From Candidatus Moraniibacteriota bacterium (GTDB lineage Bacteria; Patescibacteriota; Minisyncoccia; Moranbacterales; UBA1568), in the NCBI GenBank assembly GCA_963778555.1, contig CAVZUR010000004.1, forward strand, positions 308,151 to 372,150: a DNA stretch of 64,000 bases, written 5' to 3'. The translations under genes and the position numbers were made by a program. Position 1 is the stretch's first letter. Each line of letters starts with the position of its first letter. Shown one piece after another: positions 29,491 through 40,043 of this stretch. Under the pieces are notes generated by a model. It was not told the origin of the DNA and searched no databases. It was given only the letters and a program-made list of their open reading frames with translations.

Positions 29491-29832
29491 TTAGATACCG
29501 GCTTGGAATAACTGGAGTGTTTCACCCTTCTTGATACGAACCAGCGCTTTCTTCACGACGCTTCGCTGTCCCGAGGTCCGGCCGTAATTCTTCTTTTTCC
29601 CCGGCAGCCGCACCATGTTCACAGCAACAACCGTGACGCCGTAAGCCTCCTCGACCGCACGTTTCACTTCAGTCTTGGTCGCCGTCAGAGTGACCTGGAA
29701 CACATACTGGTCAAGCGCGTTCACAGCATACGCTTTCTCGGTGATACGTGGACGAATGAGAACGCGTGAAGCCAGCGGAGAGAGTTGCTTCTCCGTCTTT
29801 GCAGCTTTGGATTCGGATTTGAGGAGGGCCAT
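29491..29832 (-). CDS. rplW: 50S ribosomal protein L23
   Basis: RVLIRPRITEKAYAV...YVFQV...KTEVKRAVEEAYGVTVVAVNMV. Confidence 0.85.
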   Translation of the reverse strand: MALLKSESKAAKTEKQLSPLASRVLIRPRITEKAYAVNALDQYVFQVTLTATKTEVKRAVEEAYGVTVVAVNMVRLPGKKKNYGRTSGQRSVVKKALVRIKKGETLQLFQAGI

Positions 29833-29840
29833 AGAGGTAC

Positions 29841-30482
29841 TTATTTCTTCCAGCTCTTGAACCGGACATCGATCTCCATAAGCGCTCCTTTGCTCATGAG
29901 TACGTATTCCGACTTCAGGAGATGCACGACATTCAGATCCGGGTTATGAACGACCGTTACAATCGGGACATTGCGCATCGCTCGACCCTCGGTTTGTTCA
30001 GCCGTCATGAGGCTCACCACGACTTTTCGTGGGCTGATGGCAAGCGCTTCCAACGCGCTACTGAAAGATTTTGTCTTTTGCCCGACGACCATCAATGTAT
30101 CTGTGACGATAAGCTTACCCGTCCGAAGCTTCTCAGACAGAGCGATGAGGACAGCTTTCTGGCGCATCTTCTGGCTCACCTCACGGTAAAAATTCCGATT
30201 CTTGGTCGGACCATGAGTCACTCCACCCTTGCGCCACAGCGGGCTCCGGACAGAACCAGCGCGAGCGCGACCCGTTCCTTTCTGCTGCCATGGCTTCTTT
30301 CCCGTACCGGCACGCTCGCTCCGATCTTTGGTATGCGCGATCGGCGCACGAAGATTGCCCATGAGCACCGTAAAAACTTGGTGGACCAGTGCATCATTGC
30401 GTTCCACATTGAAAATCCGATCGTCGAGCTCAATCGTTTCGACATCCTGTCCGGCCAAATTTTTTATGATGATTTGGGACAT
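29841..30482 (-). CDS. rplD: 50S ribosomal protein L4
   Basis: MSQIIIKNLAGQDVETIELDDRIF...PWQQKGTGRARAGSVRSPLWRKGGVTHGP; start at MSQII within the 223-aa ORF. Confidence 0.85.
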   Translation of the reverse strand: MSQIIIKNLAGQDVETIELDDRIFNVERNDALVHQVFTVLMGNLRAPIAHTKDRSERAGTGKKPWQQKGTGRARAGSVRSPLWRKGGVTHGPTKNRNFYREVSQKMRQKAVLIALSEKLRTGKLIVTDTLMVVGQKTKSFSSALEALAISPRKVVVSLMTAEQTEGRAMRNVPIVTVVHNPDLNVVHLLKSEYVLMSKGALMEIDVRFKSWKK

Positions 30483-30489
30483 AGCAGTC

Positions 30490-31080
30490 TTATTTGGCGC
30501 TTCGGATTTCAACGATGCGACCAGTCACTCCTGGAACGGCACCGCGTACGCCAAGAATCCCTTTCTCCACATCGACGAATTCAACGACCAGATTCCTCAC
30601 TGTAAAACGATCCGCACCCATACGGCCGGCCATGCGACGGCCTTTGATGACATGCTCCGGGAAGGTCGCGCCGATCGAACCCGGCTTGCGCAAGTCGTGC
30701 TTACCGCCATGACTGGCACGACCGCCGGCGAATCCGTACCGCTTCACCACACCCTGAAAACCCTTCGCTTTCGTGATCCCAGACACGTGCACCTTCTCAC
30801 CGATGACGAACTGCGCAACCGTAATGGTTGTCTGCGGTACGAGCGTTGCCAGTGTCTTAGTGCTCTCTTCAGCGCTCTCGGTCTTCAAGCGGAACTCGCG
30901 CGCCGCGACTTTCTTTTTCGTTTTCGCGTGCGAGAGTTGGACCGCGATATAGCCGTCTTTCTCGATAGTCCGATGCAGATTCACAGTGTTTGGCTCGCAC
31001 TCGATTAAAGTCACGTTCAACGCTCCCTTCATATCATCGAAGAGCGTTGTCATTCCGAGCTTTTTCCCCAAAAGGCACTT
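30490..31080 (-). CDS. rplC: 50S ribosomal protein L3
   Basis: MKCLLGKKLGMTTLFDD...GITKAKGFQGVVKRYGFAGGRASHG... Confidence 0.85.
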   Translation of the reverse strand, partial: KCLLGKKLGMTTLFDDMKGALNVTLIECEPNTVNLHRTIEKDGYIAVQLSHAKTKKKVAAREFRLKTESAEESTKTLATLVPQTTITVAQFVIGEKVHVSGITKAKGFQGVVKRYGFAGGRASHGGKHDLRKPGSIGATFPEHVIKGRRMAGRMGADRFTVRNLVVEFVDVEKGILGVRGAVPGVTGRIVEIRSAK

Positions 31081-31236
31081 CATAGATTTTCGTGACGCGT
31101 GTAACTTTGGTACCAACAAAAAAAACTGGACGTCGTCCGCGTGCCAGTTTCTAAAGTCTGGCTCGCTTAGTATCCCCTTCTATCTGACGTTTCCGGAAAG
31201 AAGTAAGGACTTGAACGAGTGGCATGAAGCCGCTAT

Positions 31237-31566
31237 CTACATTTTGATCTCGATATCCACACCGGCCGGCAAATCGAGGTTCGTGAGATTATCGATCGTC
31301 TTCGCGTTGGGATTCAGGATGTCGATGAGCCGCTTGTGCACCCGCATCTCATACTGATCGCGTGAATTCTTGTGCACAAATGTCGAACGATTGACCGTCA
31401 CCCGGTGAATCTCGGTCGGAAGCGGCACTGGTCCGGTGATCTCAGCTCCAGTTCGCTCCGCAGTCTCGACGATCTTCCGGGCCGACTGATCGATGACCTT
31501 GTGGTCGTACGCCTTGATCTTGATACGGACGCGCGTCGTCACTTCCTCTTTTTTCTTGATGGCCAT
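31237..31566 (-). CDS. rpsJ: 30S ribosomal protein S10
   Basis: [38 protein letters not shown]...[11 protein letters not shown]. Confidence 0.9.
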   Translation of the reverse strand: MAIKKKEEVTTRVRIKIKAYDHKVIDQSARKIVETAERTGAEITGPVPLPTEIHRVTVNRSTFVHKNSRDQYEMRVHKRLIDILNPNAKTIDNLTNLDLPAGVDIEIKM

Positions 31567-31637
31567 GATTGTGAATGAGTTCTTTTGAGAGAACAGTCAC
31601 ACGGAGGAACACTCCCCCATGCTCAGTTCCATCAAAG

Positions 31638-32828
31638 TTACTTGATGATCTTGGTAGCGACTCCGGCACCGACGGTGCGGCCGCCTTCACGAATAGCGAA
31701 ACGCATGCCCTCTTCCATCGCCACCGGGGCGATGAGGACAATCTTGAGTTTGATGGTATCACCAGGCATAACCATTTCCGTTCCTTCTGGCAAAATCACT
31801 TCACCGGTCACATCCGTGGTCCGGATATAGAACTGCGGCTTGTACCCTTTGAAAAATGGGGTGTGTCGCCCGCCTTCCTCTTTAGTCAGGATATAGACTT
31901 CGCCTTCAAATTCGGTGTGCGGAGTGATGGAGCCCGGCTTGGCCAGCACCTGGCCGCGCTCAACATCTTCTTTCTTGATGCCGCGAATAAGGAGACCGGC
32001 ATTGTCACCAGCTTGACCGCGATCGAGCTGCTTGTTGAACATTTCGATACCGGTCACGACCGTTTTGGCCAACTCGCGGAGACCGACGATCTCGACTTCT
32101 TCGTTGATATTGACGATACCGCGCTCGATACGGCCCGTGACGACCGTCCCGCGGCCTTCGATGGAGAAAATGTCTTCAATCGGCATGAGGAACGGCTTGT
32201 CGGTGTCGCGCACCGGCTCCGGGATACGCTCATCGAGCGCTGCAATCAGGTCGAGAATCGGCTTGGCGTCAGCATCCTCGAGCGACTTCGACTCGAGCGC
32301 CTTGAGGGCGCTTCCGCGGATCACAGCGGCGTTTTCGCCGTCGAATTCATATTTGGAGAGAAGTTCGCGAACTTCGGCCTCAACGAGGTCGATGAGTTCG
32401 GCGTCATCCACCATATCGACTTTATTGAGGAAAACGACAATCGCCGGCACACCAACCTGCTTGGCGAGAAGGATGTGCTCACGGGTCTGCGGCATCGGAC
32501 CATCGGTCGCGGACACCACGAGAATCGCACCGTCCATCTGGGCGGCACCCGTGATCATGTTCTTGATATAGTCGGCATGGCCGGGGCAGTCGACATGCGC
32601 GTAGTGGCGCTTATCGGACTCATATTCACAGTGCGAGGTCGAGATGGTGATACCGCGCTCCTTTTCCTCGGGCGCCTTGTCGATCTCATCGACGCCCTTT
32701 TCCTTGGCGAAACCCTTCATGGCGAGCACATGGAGGAGGGCGGCCGTGGTGGTCGTCTTGCCGTGATCGACGTGGCCGATAGTACCGACGTTGACGTGTG
32801 GTTTAGTGCGATTGAATTGCTCGGCCAT
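31638..32828 (-). CDS. tuf: elongation factor Tu
   Basis: An intact 396-aa ORF: [14 protein letters not shown]...DCPGHADY...NKVDMVDD... Confidence 0.95.
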   Translation of the reverse strand: MAEQFNRTKPHVNVGTIGHVDHGKTTTTAALLHVLAMKGFAKEKGVDEIDKAPEEKERGITISTSHCEYESDKRHYAHVDCPGHADYIKNMITGAAQMDGAILVVSATDGPMPQTREHILLAKQVGVPAIVVFLNKVDMVDDAELIDLVEAEVRELLSKYEFDGENAAVIRGSALKALESKSLEDADAKPILDLIAALDERIPEPVRDTDKPFLMPIEDIFSIEGRGTVVTGRIERGIVNINEEVEIVGLRELAKTVVTGIEMFNKQLDRGQAGDNAGLLIRGIKKEDVERGQVLAKPGSITPHTEFEGEVYILTKEEGGRHTPFFKGYKPQFYIRTTDVTGEVILPEGTEMVMPGDTIKLKIVLIAPVAMEEGMRFAIREGGRTVGAGVATKIIK

Positions 32829-33097
32829 AATGTTGTCTGCGCCCTGCCTGCCCTTTGACGGACCCGAGGCCGCTTCCCATTAAGTGGATAATTGATTACG
32901 AAAAATTTTCGACTTTCTTGTGCATACTCGCATTGTCCTAAAAACAGACAAAAACGGCTCAAGAAAGCGTCAATCAGGATGATAGCAACTGGAGAATATC
33001 CTGTCAACCCCATTAGCATTTATCGCTCCAACTCACTCGGCATCCTGCGCTCTCGACCCCTTTGTTGCCTCTCTCTTATCCGCCACCACCGAGGATT

Positions 33098-33128
33098 TCT
33101 TTGACAGATACTCCTCTCCTTTGCTAAA
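33098..33128 (+). promoter_or_regulatory. candidate sigma70 promoter (TTGACA-18-TAAATT) for the plus-strand cassette embedded between fusA and tuf
   Basis: ttgacagatactcctctcctttgctaaatt lies 45 nt upstream of the AAAGGAG RBS. Confidence 0.4.
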
Positions 33129-33172
33129 TTGCGCCCGTATCAAACCGTCCCTTACCACCGAAAGGAGCCACC

Positions 33173-33343
33173 ATGGCCACGCTTGAACTTCAAGGAAAAT
33201 ACTCCACCCTCTTTCTTTCTGGCGATGAGGAAGTAGGCGACCCGCGATCGACCCCGCTCTTTGGCGACATGCCCCAAAGCTACTCCTACCGGGGGAAGGG
33301 ATTGTCTCCGGTAATGCGCGCCCTTTGAACCAATTCCTGTTCC
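33173..33343 (+). CDS. hypothetical small protein (56 aa) with a strong SD (AAAGGAG-N6-ATG); absent from the ORF track (<60 aa); may be joined to the next ORF by a frameshift
   Basis: MATLELQGKYSTLFLSGDEEVGDPRSTPLFGDMPQSYSYRGKGLSPVMRAL*. Confidence 0.4.
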
Positions 33344-33654
33344 TGACCGCGCCAACTGAACGACATCAACCTTTAAACGCAGCCACCCTGCTCACTCCCG
33401 AACCGTTCGACGGGCTCGATGGACTTTCGCGCGACGCCGTCATCGAGCTCTTGGGGCGCGATATCGATCGCATCATCGACGCGCTATGCGACGAGACGCG
33501 ATTAGAAATTGACCGCCAACGTGTACGGCAAACGACGGATAAAGTCCCGCGGCATCGTATGCTGCTCGCGACGATCCGGTTCAATCCGCTCAGCCGCGAC
33601 TTCCTCGTCCGGCACCTCCTCAGGAAGACCCCGCTCGTCTTCGGCATCATCTAG
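33325..33654 (+). CDS. hypothetical acidic protein (109 aa)
   Basis: A GC3-rich plus-strand frame (…PEPFDGLDGLSRDAVIELLGRDIDRIIDALCDETRLEIDRQ…). The opposite-strand ORF is Arg/Ser junk. It is followed by a terminator. Confidence 0.45.
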   Translation: MNQFLFLTAPTERHQPLNAATLLTPEPFDGLDGLSRDAVIELLGRDIDRIIDALCDETRLEIDRQRVRQTTDKVPRHRMLLATIRFNPLSRDFLVRHLLRKTPLVFGII

Positions 33655-33665
33655 GCTCTTCTCCC

Positions 33666-33707
33666 TTCACCCGGATTCTCCACGCGAGCATCCGGGTCGA
33701 TTTTTTA
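33666..33707 (+). terminator. rho-independent terminator of the plus-strand cassette
   Basis: Stem ACCCGGAT, loop tctccacgcgagc, stem ATCCGGGT, then cgaTTTTTTa. Confidence 0.65.
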
Positions 33708-33740
33708 TCCAAACGAAAACCCAGGACTATCCTGGGTTAT
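33705..33740 (-). terminator. rho-independent terminator at the fusA stop (minus strand)
   Basis: On the minus strand: AACCCAGGA tagt CCTGGGTT TTCGTTTGG. Confidence 0.6.
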
Positions 33741-35922
33741 TTGATAAAACCTTTGAAGCTATTTTCCTTCCTTTGGGGCTTTGGCACCCATGATCTCTTC
33801 GGCGACATTGCGCGGGACTTCCGCGTAGTGGGCGAATTCCATGGAGTAGCTGGCGCGGCCCTGGGTCATCGAGCGCATCTGGGTCGCGTAGCCGAACATG
33901 CTGGCCAAGCGGGACTTCGGCGGTCACTTCCTTCACCCGCGCATTGCCTTCACCGCGGTCATTCATTTCCTTGATGATGCCGCGCTTCGCGTTGAGGTCG
34001 CCGACGATATCGCCCATGAAGCTTTCCGGCGTGATGACGTCAACTTTCATGATCGGCTCGAGGATGACTGGGTTGGCGCGACGCAGGCTTCTTTGAACGC
34101 GAGCGAACCCGCGATCTTGAACGCCGCTTCGGAAGAGTCGACATCGTGGTACGAGCCGTCATAAACCGTCGCTTTGACATCCACCAGCGGATAGCCAGCA
34201 AGGACACCGGTCTGCATCGCTTCCTCGATGCCCTTATTGATCGGCTTGATAAATTCCTGCGGAATGACACCGCCCTTGATTTCATCGACGAATTCATAGC
34301 CCTTGCCCTGTTCATTCGGCTCGAGCCGGATCCAGCAATGGCCGTATTGTCCGCGACCGCCGGACTGCCGGATATATTTGCCTTCCGCTTCGCGCCATCT
34401 CGCGGATGGTTTCCCGATAAGCGACTTGCGGCCGGCCGACATTCACTTCAACTTTGAATTCGCGCTTCATCCGGTCGACGATGATATCCAGATGCAGCTC
34501 GCCCATGCCGGAAATGATAGTCTGACCGGTTTCTTCATCCGTGTGGACGCGGAAAGTCGGATCTTCTTCGGAGAGCTTCTTCAGAGCCATGCCCATTTTT
34601 TCCTGATCAGCTTTGGTTTTCGGTTCGATCGCGATATCGATGACCGGTTCCGGGAAAACGATATTTTCCAGAATCACCGGCGCTTCCGGATCACAAAGCG
34701 TATCGCCGGTCGTCGTGACTTTCATCCCGACCAAAGCGCCGATGTCGCCGGAGGTACAGCTCCTCGATTTCTTCGCGATGATTGGCATGCATGCGGAGGA
34801 TCCGTCCGATGCGTTCTTTTTCATTCTTGGTGGAGTTGAAGACATAGGATCCGGCTTTGACCGTTCCGGAATAAACGCGGAAAAAAGTCAGCTGGCCGAC
34901 AAAAGGATCAGTCGCCACTTTGAAAGCCAGCGCCGAAAACGGCGCGTCATCTTTCGTCTCACGAATGAGTTCCTTGTCGGTCTTCGGATCAATTCCCATG
35001 ACCGGCGGGACATCGATCGGCGACGGAAGATAGTCGACGACCGCGTCGAGCACCAGCTGCACGCCTTTGTTGCGAAGCGCCGTTCCGGTCAAAACCGGGA
35101 TGCAGACGGACTTCGATGGTCGCTTTCCGCAAGCGCTGCTTTCAGTTCCTCGACAGAAATTTCTTCGCCGTTCAGATATTTTTCCGTCAGCACATCGTCA
35201 GTTTCAGAAATTTTTTCCACCATTTTCTCGCGCCACTCTTTGGCCTTGTCGAGCATATCGGCTGGAATTTCGCCTTCGATCACTTTTTCTCCCATATCGC
35301 CCTCGAAGGTATAGGCTTTCATCTTCATCAGATCGATGACTCCGTAGAAATCCCCGCGCAGCCCCATCGGGTACTGGATCGCGACGGCATTCGGAGTGAG
35401 CCGATTCCAGATGGATTCGAAGTCGCGTCTTCGAAAATCGGCTCCTTCTTTGTCGATTTTATTGATAAAACACATGCGCGGCACTTTGTATTTTTCCGCT
35501 TGGCGCCAGACAGTTTCGGACTGCGGCTCGACGCCTTCTTTGCCGTCAAAAACGACCACGCCGCCGTCGAGAACGCGGAGAGATCGCTCCACTTCCACCG
35601 TGAAGTCCACGTGTCCCGGCGTGTCGATGATATTGATCTGATGGTCTTTCCAATAGCAAGTCGTCGCGGCGCTGGTGATGGTGATGCCGCGCTCTTTTTC
35701 CTGCTCCATCCAGTCCATCGTCGCTTCGCCTTCGTGCACTTCGCCGATTTTGTGCGTGATTCCGGTATAAAACAAAATGCGCTCGGTCGTCGTCGTCTTG
35801 CCGGCGTCGATATGAGCGATGATCCCGATATTGCGATATTTTTCGATGGCGATCTTGCGGGGCATACGAAACGTTATATTGTGTGACTTAGATAAAAGAT
35901 AACATTCTCGTAAAGAGGCCAA
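33727..35922 (-). pseudogene. fusA: elongation factor G, fragmented into at least 5 reading frames (probably indel errors)
   Basis: The N-terminal GTPase is in 35089-35922 ([19 protein letters not shown]...DTPGHVDF). Domain II-V pieces are in 34691-35092, 34312-34845, 34047-34442 and 33727-34050 (…[21 protein letters not shown]). Confidence 0.8.
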
Positions 35923-35970
35923 CTATTGCATTCTGCATATTCGGTCGTTGAAAAACTGGAAAAGCCCGAT

Positions 35971-36438
35971 TTACGCAAAGTGAGCGAAGGCCTTGTTGGC
36001 TTCGGCCATGCGGTGCGTTTCTTCACGCTTCTTCATGGCCGAGCCGATCTTGTTCGAAGCGTCGATGAGCTCATCGGCGAGTTTTTCGGCCATCGCTTTG
36101 CCTTTGCGGTGGCGGCACGCATCACGGATCCAGCGCATCGCCAGAACCTGGCGTCGCTCGCCGGACACCGGGACCGGCACCTGATAGTTCGCACCGCCCA
36201 CTCGTCGGCTTTTCAGCTGCAGGAGCGGCGCCACATTCTTGATTGCCTGCTCGAAAGTATTGAGACCGGCTTTCTTGGTCCGCTCGGCGATGATATCAAA
36301 CGCATCATAGATGATTCTTTCGGCCGTGCTCTTCTTGCCCGCCCACATGATCATCCCGACGAAATGCCCAACCAGCGGATTGCCGAATCGGGCATCCGCC
36401 TTCCATTCCTTATCAAATTGTCGCTTTCTCCGTGGCAT
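35971..36438 (-). CDS. rpsG: 30S ribosomal protein S7
   Basis: MPRRKRQFDKE...ADARFGNPLVGHFVGMIMWAGKKSTAERIIYDAF... Confidence 0.9.
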   Translation of the reverse strand: MPRRKRQFDKEWKADARFGNPLVGHFVGMIMWAGKKSTAERIIYDAFDIIAERTKKAGLNTFEQAIKNVAPLLQLKSRRVGGANYQVPVPVSGERRQVLAMRWIRDACRHRKGKAMAEKLADELIDASNKIGSAMKKREETHRMAEANKAFAHFA

Positions 36439-36450
36439 AATTTCTCGGAC

Positions 36451-36870
36451 TTAGTCTTTCTTCTTCTCCTTCTTCGCGCCGTATTTGGAGCGGCCCTGCT
36501 TGCGAGTGTTGACGCCGGCCGCATCGAAAATACCGCGCACCACATGGTACCGCACGCCCGGCAAATCCTTCACCCGGCCGCCGCGGATCATGACGATGGA
36601 GTGCTCCTGGAGATTGTGCCCCTCGCCAGGGATATACGCCGTCACTTCCATGCCATTGGTCAGGCGCACACGGGCAATCTTGCGCAGAGCCGAGTTCGGC
36701 TTCTTCGGCGTCATGGTCGTCACCTTGAGACACACGCCGCGCTTGTACGGACTATCGGTCTTCGTGATGCGGTTTTTGACCGTATTGATGACAAAAGTCA
36801 TCGCCGGAGACTTGGATTTCTTCCGGGCGACTTTGCGAGGATGCTTGATGAGCTGATTGATGGTGGCCAC
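36451..36870 (-). CDS. rpsL: 30S ribosomal protein S12 with a Lys-rich C-terminal extension
   Basis: [13 protein letters not shown]...[10 protein letters not shown]...[17 protein letters not shown]. Confidence 0.9.
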   Translation of the reverse strand: MATINQLIKHPRKVARKKSKSPAMTFVINTVKNRITKTDSPYKRGVCLKVTTMTPKKPNSALRKIARVRLTNGMEVTAYIPGEGHNLQEHSIVMIRGGRVKDLPGVRYHVVRGIFDAAGVNTRKQGRSKYGAKKEKKKD

Positions 36871-37108
36871 GGATCAGAGAGTTTATTGAGACAAACAAAA
36901 AAAGACTTGTGTCAGTTGTGGAGCCAGTGTATCCGATGAAGGATGGCTTGTCAACCACCACACCCATCGAGCTTCGGCGTAAACGAGCCCTCAAAAACAA
37001 TCTCTTGGAAACAGCCATCAGTAATGACGAGATACCCCCCCTCGGACCTCTCGCCGCCGCAATCCCACAAGCTCAATGGGTGTCGGTGGTCAACTGGATA
37101 CTTTGGCT

Positions 37109-37831
37109 CTAGAGAGCCAGACCAAAGAAGAAGCGTAGGAAAACGGAGATGAAGGCGCTCACCGGTCCGGAAAAGACGAAGATGATGAATAGGAGGAGAA
37201 AAAAACCATACTGTTCAAGCTGCAGCTGCGTTCGCTCGGAAATCGGAAAGAGCGCATAAAGAATCTTTGAGCCGTCCAAGGGCGGAATCGGCAGGAGGTT
37301 GAAGCAGCCCAGCACGACATTCCAGAAAATCGCCAGCAATAATAGGCCGAAGAAGATGCTCATGAACGACCCGGCCATGGCGATTGAAAGGAGTTCGAAA
37401 CGCTCCAAAAATTGCCCCTGACCGCTGATGACACCCAGAAAACGTCCGAGGACATCCTGCTTGGCAAGTTGGGATAGCGGGAGCGCTGCCGCCAGGAAGG
37501 CTGCCAGGAACGCGAGAAAGAAATTCGTTCCCGGTCCGGCCAGCGCCACATAGAGCGGGCCCCATTTCTGATCGCGCAAATTATACGGATTGTACGGCAC
37601 CGGCTTGGCATAACCAAAGGCGAAACCTGTCGTCACGAACAGTGTGATGGGAATGATAAAAGAACCAAAGGGATCAATATGACTCCATGGACTGAGACTG
37701 AGCCGGCCGGCGTATTTGGCTGTCAGGTCGCCGAGGAAATACGCCATATAGCCGTGTGCCACTTCATGCAGGATAACGGCGTATATCAACGTAAAGAGGT
37801 AGAACCCGATGAGAACAATTTCATTCGCCAT
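37109..37831 (-). CDS. site-2 protease family (M50) membrane metalloprotease
   Basis: HEVAHG (HExxH) in TM1 and NLLPIPPLDG (the LDG motif); multiple TM helices. Confidence 0.8.
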   Translation of the reverse strand: MANEIVLIGFYLFTLIYAVILHEVAHGYMAYFLGDLTAKYAGRLSLSPWSHIDPFGSFIIPITLFVTTGFAFGYAKPVPYNPYNLRDQKWGPLYVALAGPGTNFFLAFLAAFLAAALPLSQLAKQDVLGRFLGVISGQGQFLERFELLSIAMAGSFMSIFFGLLLLAIFWNVVLGCFNLLPIPPLDGSKILYALFPISERTQLQLEQYGFFLLLFIIFVFSGPVSAFISVFLRFFFGLAL

Positions 37832-37964
37832 ACTCAGGTGAAATGCTTGGATACGAATCTTCGGCGATAGCCCTAAAGACTTGCCAAGGCCATACTACCA
37901 TGCTAGACTGGTCTTTGCTAAGCGCTTTTCCGGCGCTTTCACATTATCAAAAACTTCTACGACT

Positions 37965-38141
37965 ATGAGCCGTGTCTGCCAACTTTCCGGCCGGGGAACC
38001 CAAACCGGTAACAAAATCAGCCACTCTAAGCGCCACACCCGCCGCACGTTCGCGATCAATCTCCAGACCAAGCGCATCGGTGGCGTGAAACTCCGGCTCT
38101 CGACTCGGGCCATCCGCACTCTGGCCAAGTCCGCTGCCTAA
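37965..38141 (+). CDS. rpmB: 50S ribosomal protein L28
   Basis: MSRVCQLSGRGTQTGNKISHSKRHTRRTFAINLQTKRIGGVKLRLSTRAIRTL. The ORF starts upstream at 37881, but L28 begins at MSRVC. Confidence 0.85.
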   Translation: MSRVCQLSGRGTQTGNKISHSKRHTRRTFAINLQTKRIGGVKLRLSTRAIRTLAKSAA

Positions 38142-38354
38142 TTTCAAACTTCTTTCGAATTGAAAACAATCCGCTTCCGCGGATTTTTTCATGATTCTTG
38201 ACAGTACTGATGGAGAGTAGCATAATCGCCAGGTTGGTCCTGTTACCCAATCTGACGCTCGGTACCCAATCCAAGGAAAGATTTCGTGACCCGATCAACT
38301 TTCATTTTTTCCGTCCCTTACCAATCCCCGCCCCAACGACCACAAGGAGAGACC

Positions 38355-38927
38355 GTGCCAACCACGCAACCAGCCAAAGAAACGCACGCTATTCTGACGT
38401 GCTATGACAAACGTCTTGACCCAATCGTTGAGATTTACCGACAGCAGCTCATTCTCGAAGAACACATCGTTCTGAGCCCGATTCGTCCCGTCGGCGGACT
38501 GCACGCGATGACTCGGAGTGCCTGCCGTCATTTCTTCTACGATCAGCTCGATGGACTGATTTTGGTCGGCCAGGCAACGCATGTCCATATCTTTCCGCAT
38601 ACCAATTGCCAGTATGGCTGGCTCAAGGTGCGAGACAAGGTAGGCGATACGTTCGAGCAAGACCTCGGCTTCCAAATCGACATGCTGAAAAAGTCATGCG
38701 CGGGTGCCATCTCCCATGTGAAGCACAAGTTCCCCGAGAGAACGGTCCGCATCATCGGGAACATCATCTGGACGCAAGAAAAACGCTTTCTCAGCCTGAC
38801 CGAGGCGACCGATCTTCTCGGTCCAATTCAGCCGCTCTCCGATAGTCATGAGCAACGTCAGTCGCGTGGCGAAATCGCGCTTCCCCGCATCAGAGATGCC
38901 GAAGCCTACCCGGAACACCGTCTCTAG
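38355..38927 (+). CDS. hypothetical protein
   Basis: A GTG start preceded by AAGGAGAG. About 190 aa (ILTCYDKRLDPIVEIYRQQLILEEH...). No recognisable family. Confidence 0.45.
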   Translation: MPTTQPAKETHAILTCYDKRLDPIVEIYRQQLILEEHIVLSPIRPVGGLHAMTRSACRHFFYDQLDGLILVGQATHVHIFPHTNCQYGWLKVRDKVGDTFEQDLGFQIDMLKKSCAGAISHVKHKFPERTVRIIGNIIWTQEKRFLSLTEATDLLGPIQPLSDSHEQRQSRGEIALPRIRDAEAYPEHRL

Positions 38928-38957
38928 GCGAGTGGTCCATTTGCCTCGCCGCCCCGA

Positions 38958-39005
38958 AGGGCACCAACCGACAATGTCGGGCGGTGTTCTTTTTTTAAAA
39001 AAAAT
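38958..39005. terminator. bidirectional rho-independent terminator between convergent genes
   Basis: GCACCaaCCGACaatGTCGGgcGGTGttcTTTTTTT followed by AAAAAAA. Confidence 0.65.
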
Positions 39006-39022
39006 TGATTTACGCTGGAGAA

Positions 39023-39574
39023 TCAGCCCCGCAAAACGGTATCGGCTGTTGACACAACGGATGGCGACTTAGCCCTCAGGTAAATCCACATTCCCACGGC
39101 TGTCAGGCCGATAAAGGCGAGGGAGGACCAGTCCGCGATGGAAAGTCCGAGAAAGCTCCAGTCAACAATGGCGCAATTCCCCGTTCCCCCAAGCGCAAAG
39201 ATGAAATCATCGAGGAAGGAACCGAAGGAAACGGCACAACCGGCCGCGTTATCGGTCGGTACAAAAAAACGCTGCAGATACACTTGGCGCAAAGCGACCG
39301 TCCCGCCCGCCAGAGAGAGCAGCGCGACTGCCCCGCCAGCCATGTGCAACGTATAGCGCGACCACCAGCCCATGTAGCCGATGATCGCCGACAATCCGAC
39401 AAACGCATAAAAAAAGCGCTGCACGATACACAAGGGACACGGAACCAAGCCCTCCACAGCTCGGACAATAACAAATGCGAAAATGAGAAGAAGGGCGCAG
39501 TAGAGCGCAACAAACAGGAGGAGACGCTTCGGGTCACGAAGACTCGTGGCCACATTCATAAGAGTTTTTATCAT
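39023..39574 (-). CDS. disulfide bond formation protein B (DsbB/BdbC family)
   Basis: Four TM helices. A CPLC pair in the first periplasmic loop and a second Cys pair (C...C) in the second loop. Confidence 0.75.
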   Translation of the reverse strand: MIKTLMNVATSLRDPKRLLLFVALYCALLLIFAFVIVRAVEGLVPCPLCIVQRFFYAFVGLSAIIGYMGWWSRYTLHMAGGAVALLSLAGGTVALRQVYLQRFFVPTDNAAGCAVSFGSFLDDFIFALGGTGNCAIVDWSFLGLSIADWSSLAFIGLTAVGMWIYLRAKSPSVVSTADTVLRG

Positions 39575-39692
39575 AAGACGCTTGGCAGACTGCTTCTCTA
39601 GTATAGTCTATGCTCTCCGTTGGTTCATCCCTCTGCTCCCTTTAAAAAAATACTGGGCGACTCAAAACTCGAGCCGCCCAACAGGGCCGCGA

Positions 39693-40043
39693 TCAGCAGG
39701 TGGCATCGCTCCCTTCCGTTTGTCGAACATTTTCAGCGCTGAGGGCACAGACGAATCCAATGGGAATGGCGGCGGGAAGCCACCAAAGTATGGAGGGTAA
39801 TCGGAAGAAAAACGTTACTGCTTCCTCATTCACCCAACTGGCTAAATACACGGCCCCAACGACAATGAAACAGCCGACTGCATCCCACTCCACGAGGCGC
39901 ACGAACCGGCGATGACCATTGGGATTGACTGGATCCGGCAGATAGTAGGGGCGATTTTCTGACCCCACAAAGTACATCCCCGACAGGGTCGCGACGACGG
40001 TCATACCGCACGCCACGAGAAAAGCCAACATGATAGTCGTCAG
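39693..40043 (-). CDS. hypothetical membrane protein
   Basis: Three to four TM helices (MLTTIMLAFLVACGMTVVATLSGMYF...). The ORF extends to 40136. Confidence 0.4.
   Translation of the reverse strand: MTTIMLAFLVACGMTVVATLSGMYFVGSENRPYYLPDPVNPNGHRRFVRLVEWDAVGCFIVVGAVYLASWVNEEAVTFFFRLPSILWWLPAAIPIGFVCALSAENVRQTEGSDATC

Noticed and set aside
31575-32858. 427-aa plus-strand ORF opposite tuf, and similar long ORFs opposite fusA (35116-35886), rpsG/rpsL (35926-36939), rpsE (22943-23776), the ABC ATPase (9447-10061) and secY (21091-21753)
   Set aside because: They are antisense shadows of GC-rich genes, which naturally lack stop codons. Their translations are Arg/Asp/His-rich and low-complexity with no domain signatures. 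The opposite strand encodes well-conserved proteins.
33152-33355. 67-aa minus-strand ORF in the fusA-tuf gap
   Set aside because: Its translation (MARSGTGIGSKGAHYRRQSLPPVGVALGH...) is low-complexity and it overlaps the better-supported plus-strand ORF that has a strong SD. It is probably an antisense artefact.
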